From contig JAHFIC010000004.1 in NCBI GenBank assembly GCA_023246555.1, positions 1-39,343 of the forward strand: a stretch of DNA of 39,343 bases, read 5' to 3'. This document shows positions 34,684 through 39,343 of this stretch, one piece after another (the first letter of the stretch is position 1; each line of letters starts with the position of its first letter). Position numbers and translations under genes: made by a program. Below the pieces are notes generated by a model, which was given only the letters and a program-made list of their open reading frames with translations, made no database searches and had not been told where the DNA came from. This DNA comes from Candidatus Magasanikiibacteriota bacterium (lineage in GTDB: Bacteria; Patescibacteriota; Patescibacteriia; Magasanikbacterales; UBA922).

Positions 34684-37600
34684 AATATAAGAGCGAAGAA
34701 CTTAAACAACTGTTTTAATCGGTTGCCTGTCGGAGCGCTTGACGATGAATGACAATCGCTCGGGCATGAGCCGGTTGATTCTCCATAATCGCATGTGCCG
34801 TTGCCATTGCAGGCGGTCCAACTGCCGCTTCCGCCGCAGTCAGATGGACAAGAACTATAAGACTCATTGGATTCGCAAGCGCCGTTGTTGTTGCAGGAAC
34901 TACTGCCGCCGCCGCAGTCAGATGGACAAGCTGAGTATGATTCGTTTGAGTCGCAGACGTTGTTGTAGTTGCATCCTGACGATCCGCAATCGCTTGGACA
35001 CGAACCAGTTGATTCTCCATAATCGCATGTGCCGTTGCCATTGCAGGCGGTATTCCCGCTTCCCGCGCAGTCCGATGGGCAGGATGTTGTCGACTCATTT
35101 GAATCACAAACACGATTGTTGTTGCAGTTCGCTGTGGTGCTACCACTGCTCGCGCACCCGCTAGGACAACCATTATTATCATAGGTGCACCATTGCGTTG
35201 TGGATCCGGGCGCAGGACATGCGCTACAAGCATTTGGGTTACTGCACGTCACGCTGTTTTTCACACATGAATTGGTGGTACTGTTCCATGTCCAGTCTGG
35301 ACCGCAGGAGGAGCTTGTTCCGCCACCGCCGCTTGAAGCGCAAGGCGCGCTTGAACTATTAGAATAACAGGCCGAGGTCGAGTCGCACCACGTGAAGTTA
35401 TGCGCCTCGCAAGTGGAGCGAGAAGTGCATTTTACCGGCATGGCCGAACAGGAGCTTGAACTGCAATCATTCGGACATCCGGTTCCCGTTTCACCGCTAT
35501 CGCAGATCCCGTCGTTATCGCACTTAGGCGCGCAGTCAGTGACACACGATGTGACGGTTTCTCCGCTATCGCAGATGTTATTCCCGCAATATCCGCCGAC
35601 AGTTGTTTGGCACGAAACCGGACAGCCATCGCCAGTCCACTGGCACCATTTTGTCGCGCTCGATGTGCGGCATGCGTCACACGCCTTTGGCGCTGAACAC
35701 ACAACTCCATCGCGCACGCAGGACCGCGCTTCAAGATCATAGTGCCAGCCGCTCCCGCCGCAATAGGTTGTTGTGTCTGATGAGCAATCAGACGGACAGG
35801 AAGCGATGGTTTCATTGCTATCGCAGGTGCCATTCTTATTGCAAGTCGTCCCCGAGCACGCGGCGCTTTGGCAGGCGCCGTTGCACCAGTAAAACCCATG
35901 TGAAGTGCAGTCAACCTGGGTCGTACAGGCCGATGGGGTCGCGGTGCAAAAAGATGTTATTGTACCCGTACAATCATAAGGACATTTGGTTGAAGTTTCT
36001 CCCGGATCGCACACCGCGTTTCCGCAGAACGCTCCGCCGTCTTTGCAGGCTGACGCCGAACAACTATTGCCGCACCAGTATGAACCGCGGCCGATACATC
36101 CGGTCTTTGTTCTACAGTAATATGGGCTGCCATTACAAAGCGGATCTTCTCCCGGGGCGCAGTCTTGAAGACAAGATTCTGTAGTTTCTCGTCCGTTGCA
36201 AGCGCCATCACCGCACCACGGCGTCGCCGGGCATTCAGACGGACAAATGGTTGATGTTTCGGATCCGCCACAGACACCATCCCCATTGCACACAGTGGTA
36301 GAACCGCAATCTGAAGGACAGGAGCCGGAAGATTCTCCGTACTCGCAACTGCCGTCGTTGTCACAAGCCGTAGTTCCGCCGCAGTCAGAGCGGCAAGAAT
36401 CATAGGTTTCATTTGATTCGCAAACGCCGTTGCTATTGCAAACAAGCGCCACGGTATCGCAATCGGACGGGCAACTTTCTGCGGTTTCACTGCTATCGCA
36501 GATATTGTTGCCGCAGATTGGCGTTATGGGTTGTTCATCCGGAACACACGATCCATAAATACTGCAACCCTGCTGATCGATTGTGATGTCACGATGCATC
36601 GCGCTAGGGCATGGACTTGGCCGCGTCGGACAAGCAATCGGCTTTGGCTCTGGCGGCAAAACACATGACCAATCAGCGCACGGATTTTTTCTCTTATCAG
36701 GAGGCAATGGCGCTTCTCCCGGCGCGCATATTCTTGGCATCACTGCCGGACAAATCGGCGACTGACATTCGGAATAAATGGTACAGCCGTTTTGATCAAC
36801 GCTTTCGCTTCTAAATAGTCCGACCTGACAATCAACTGGTTTCGCCGGACAGCGATTTTTTTCTATCGGAATACATCCGCCCGGAACCCAGCAGCCATCG
36901 ACTTTTTGTTTCGTCTCGCGGTATTCTCCATTCGGACAGGAAAGATACGAAGTTATCGGACAAATCCGAGTATCAAAAGAAGCACAAGAACGCGACCCTT
37001 CATCCCAAAATTGGCCATGTCCACAACCCCGCCGATTATCCTTTTCACAACGTCTCAAGAGATAATCATAGTAAAATCCTTCTTCGCACGAAGCAATGTT
37101 CGTTGGCACGCAATCTCGCTTCCCGCTATCCCAGAAAAACCCGCTTGAACAAACTTGCGCAACATTAGTCGTACAATCCTGCGGATAGGAAATGGTCCCA
37201 TTTGAACCAATGGTTGGTTTACAGTTTTCTGTCTCATTTGTTTTTCGACAAATCCCTTGCCCGCCATCCCAATAAAATCCGGTGCCACAGGCAATAAACC
37301 TCTCTGGGGGCTTAAAGAATGGATCTGTCAGGCAATTTTTTCCATCCCAATATGTGCCAACGGCACAGGATTGCTGAACCGATGTTTCGGTCGTTGATAC
37401 GCATCGCGCCTGTCCAGCATCCCAGAAAAAACCTGGGGCACAGGCAACCGGCTGTAATGCCACAGTGATCCACTGGCACTCTGGCACTTTCTGGTTTTTA
37501 CGACAATAAGTCTCACATGATTCTGAGGTGTTGCACCTCGCCGCAAGCGGATTATCCAGCTCATATCGCGCTTTTTCCAATTCAATATTTTTACGCTCGC

Positions 37601-39343
37601 GTTCCAAATCATCGCCCATGACCTCGCGCTGATGGCGCAGTTCCTGATCCAAAAACTGAGTCTGGATCGACTGACAGGTCTTGTCACAGCCAAATGGATC
37701 AAGACTCAATCTGGCCTCAAACAGGCGCTTTTGTTCGGCATAGCGCTCATTGAGACGGGCATACGAGTCCTGGATTTTTTCTTCCCACAACTGTTTTCTG
37801 GTATCAAAATTATCCCACTTTGTCTCATTCAATTTTCGGAAAAACTCATCATTTTCCTGCCGTTCAACCCGATCTGTTTGATGCCGCAGTTCTCGCTCTT
37901 CATAATCAATTTGGGAACGGGCAATCTGGCGTGATCGCTCTTCCTCCAGCCGCTGTTGTTCGATTTTTCTCCATTTGAACTGCAAAGCGTTTTGAAACTC
38001 CGGATCATAGGCCTTGATACTGTCGATCGCAACCTGTGGAGCTGAAACGAAGCGCTCGTACACCCGATCAAACTCTTCCGGCCGCTCGGCATCGCGAACA
38101 TAGGTCGCGAGCTTATCAATCTTTTGCTTGACAATGGCGGATTTCACCTCCGGGCTGATTTCGATCGCTTCAATCGAAGCAATGTCCTGCGGATCGAGCG
38201 AGGCATAGCGCTCGGCAAATCGCTCGCCCTCGCGGCGATACCGCGCCTCGACTTCGCCTGTCATTTGATTTTCTAGAGACTCCAGGAAGCCGCTTTTTTC
38301 CGGGTCGCCCTGCACCTCTTGTTCGAGTTCACGCAAAAGTGCAAATGTTTTAGGAGTCGGATTTTCGATCATTTTTCGCGACAATGCGGTAAACAGTTCT
38401 GCTTGATTTTGCGAGGTCGCGTCAGTAAAACGCGCCTTAAACGCGGTCACGGCCTTTTCATGGGCATCCGCCAAATCTTTTGCCACGACACTTCCCTGCG
38501 TCAAGCGATTGCGAAAATCTTCGAGGGCAATAACTTGTCCGGCATCGGACAAATCACGATGTTCAATAAGAGACGCTTTCACGACCGGATCCTGTATCTG
38601 TTCGAACTTGCGTTCAAATTTTTTCGAAACCAACTCTTTCGCCTCCTCGAGCTTCTCGAGCACGTCTGATGGCACATTGGACGTATTCTTGATATCTTCA
38701 AGAAGCGTAAACAACCGTATGTCATCGCCTGGAGAAAACTCCACATACCGCTTCAATTGCTCCGCCCTCACTATTGGCGGCAAATTTTTCACCCGCATCT
38801 CGAACTGCTCGACAGTATTTTTCTTCGCTAGTGCCACCGCCTCTTTGATATTGTCCGGCGCGACGTCGCTCATTGACGTGAGAATAACCAAGTGGCGCAG
38901 ATCTCGAAGGTCAGATCCGGTTTGCTTTTTAAGCGCCTGTGTGAGCCGCTCACTCGCCGCCTCGGGAGTAGGGTCCACCATACCGAGCACGTTCACGAAA
39001 TTTTCGGTCATTTTGCTTTTGTTTTCATTGATCACAGTGACAAGCTGTTCGGTTTCTTTCGATACGGTCTCACCTTCGCCTTCAGCCACGAAAGCGGCTG
39101 CTGTGATCACTGTCTCCTGAAGCGTATCAAGAATTTTTTGTTCTTTAATATGCTTATCAGCAAAGTTATCCATGAGGGCCGCGACAGCTTCTGGATCTTC
39201 TTCCCGCTCTTTGCTCAAGTCAGCCGCCGCACTGCTTACATCAGAAAGTCGCCCCTCAGAGCGCTCAATCGCAGCCGCAATCACATCGGCGTCCACGGCG
39301 CTAACACCCTTCTCGTCCACAAGCTGTTTCACTTCCCACAGCT
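34680..39343 (-). CDS. Giant cysteine-rich surface/extracellular protein (partial, >1550 aa)
   Basis: Frame open to the window end. Helical/coiled-coil N-terminal half, six CxxGxxW/YD...C repeats, many CxxxxxCxxxExxxxCPxDC repeats, hydrophobic C-terminus. Confidence 0.85.
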   Translation of the reverse strand, partial: LWEVKQLVDEKGVSAVDADVIAAAIERSEGRLSDVSSAAADLSKEREEDPEAVAALMDNFADKHIKEQKILDTLQETVITAAAFVAEGEGETVSKETEQLVTVINENKSKMTENFVNVLGMVDPTPEAASERLTQALKKQTGSDLRDLRHLVILTSMSDVAPDNIKEAVALAKKNTVEQFEMRVKNLPPIVRAEQLKRYVEFSPGDDIRLFTLLEDIKNTSNVPSDVLEKLEEAKELVSKKFERKFEQIQDPVVKASLIEHRDLSDAGQVIALEDFRNRLTQGSVVAKDLADAHEKAVTAFKARFTDATSQNQAELFTALSRKMIENPTPKTFALLRELEQEVQGDPEKSGFLESLENQMTGEVEARYRREGERFAERYASLDPQDIASIEAIEISPEVKSAIVKQKIDKLATYVRDAERPEEFDRVYERFVSAPQVAIDSIKAYDPEFQNALQFKWRKIEQQRLEEERSRQIARSQIDYEERELRHQTDRVERQENDEFFRKLNETKWDNFDTRKQLWEEKIQDSYARLNERYAEQKRLFEARLSLDPFGCDKTCQSIQTQFLDQELRHQREVMGDDLERERKNIELEKARYELDNPLAARCNTSESCETYCRKNQKVPECQWITVALQPVACAPGFFWDAGQARCVSTTETSVQQSCAVGTYWDGKNCLTDPFFKPPERFIACGTGFYWDGGQGICRKTNETENCKPTIGSNGTISYPQDCTTNVAQVCSSGFFWDSGKRDCVPTNIASCEEGFYYDYLLRRCEKDNRRGCGHGQFWDEGSRSCASFDTRICPITSYLSCPNGEYRETKQKVDGCWVPGGCIPIEKNRCPAKPVDCQVGLFRSESVDQNGCTIYSECQSPICPAVMPRICAPGEAPLPPDKRKNPCADWSCVLPPEPKPIACPTRPSPCPSAMHRDITIDQQGCSIYGSCVPDEQPITPICGNNICDSSETAESCPSDCDTVALVCNSNGVCESNETYDSCRSDCGGTTACDNDGSCEYGESSGSCPSDCGSTTVCNGDGVCGGSETSTICPSECPATPWCGDGACNGRETTESCLQDCAPGEDPLCNGSPYYCRTKTGCIGRGSYWCGNSCSASACKDGGAFCGNAVCDPGETSTKCPYDCTGTITSFCTATPSACTTQVDCTSHGFYWCNGACQSAACSGTTCNKNGTCDSNETIASCPSDCSSDTTTYCGGSGWHYDLEARSCVRDGVVCSAPKACDACRTSSATKWCQWTGDGCPVSCQTTVGGYCGNNICDSGETVTSCVTDCAPKCDNDGICDSGETGTGCPNDCSSSSCSAMPVKCTSRSTCEAHNFTWCDSTSACYSNSSSAPCASSGGGGTSSSCGPDWTWNSTTNSCVKNSVTCSNPNACSACPAPGSTTQWCTYDNNGCPSGCASSGSTTANCNNNRVCDSNESTTSCPSDCAGSGNTACNGNGTCDYGESTGSCPSDCGSSGCNYNNVCDSNESYSACPSDCGGGSSSCNNNGACESNESYSSCPSDCGGSGSWTACNGNGTCDYGESTGSCPSDCHSSSSAPTGNRLKQLFKFFALIL
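34774..35051. repeat. Exact DNA duplications within the Cys-rich repeats
   Basis: 44-bp identity at 34774-34817 and 35008-35051; 22-bp identity at 34831-34852 and 34909-34930. Confidence 0.85.

Noticed and set aside
34774-35051. Possible diversity-generating retroelement template/variable repeat pair
   Set aside because: The repeats are short, identical and both inside one ORF, with no adenine-specific mismatches and no reverse transcriptase in the window
1-39343. Alternative genetic code (UGA=Gly, as in Gracilibacteria/Absconditabacteria)
   Set aside because: Conserved genes translate full length under the standard code, and TGA acts as a stop (e.g. pyrG, secD, ATGA overlaps)

Overview
This window looks like core chromosome of a small-genome bacterium, most likely Patescibacteria/CPR. 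That is inferred from gene content and style: a Lys-rich RpoD N-terminus, few Shine-Dalgarno (SD) sites on core genes, CPR-type hypothetical proteins and a giant Cys-rich surface protein. Housekeeping genes are rpoD, dnaG, pyrG, dusB, secF, secD, secA, hpf, murB, mraY and an mpl-like Mur ligase. The main points of interest are: (1) a cobalamin riboswitch controlling a three-gene cassette of two DUF4430/transcobalamin-like surface proteins and a lone DUF6580 S-component-like membrane protein, a candidate B12-scavenging system; (2) a SecD with two parvulin PPIase domains inserted; (3) a cluster of mraY, an ATE/Bpt-like aminoacyl transferase, an Mpl-like ligase, a NUDIX hydrolase, a LysW-like small protein ending DEGK and a PLP enzyme; (4) 7-9 bp tandem repeats and GC-rich palindromes lying in frame inside essential genes and inside the riboswitch; (5) three small membrane-peptide genes missed by the ORF track, one behind a highly structured leader; (6) a methyltransferase that appears to lack a canonical start codon. 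I saw no tRNA, rRNA, CRISPR array or transposase. All product calls come from motif recognition by eye; no searches were run.
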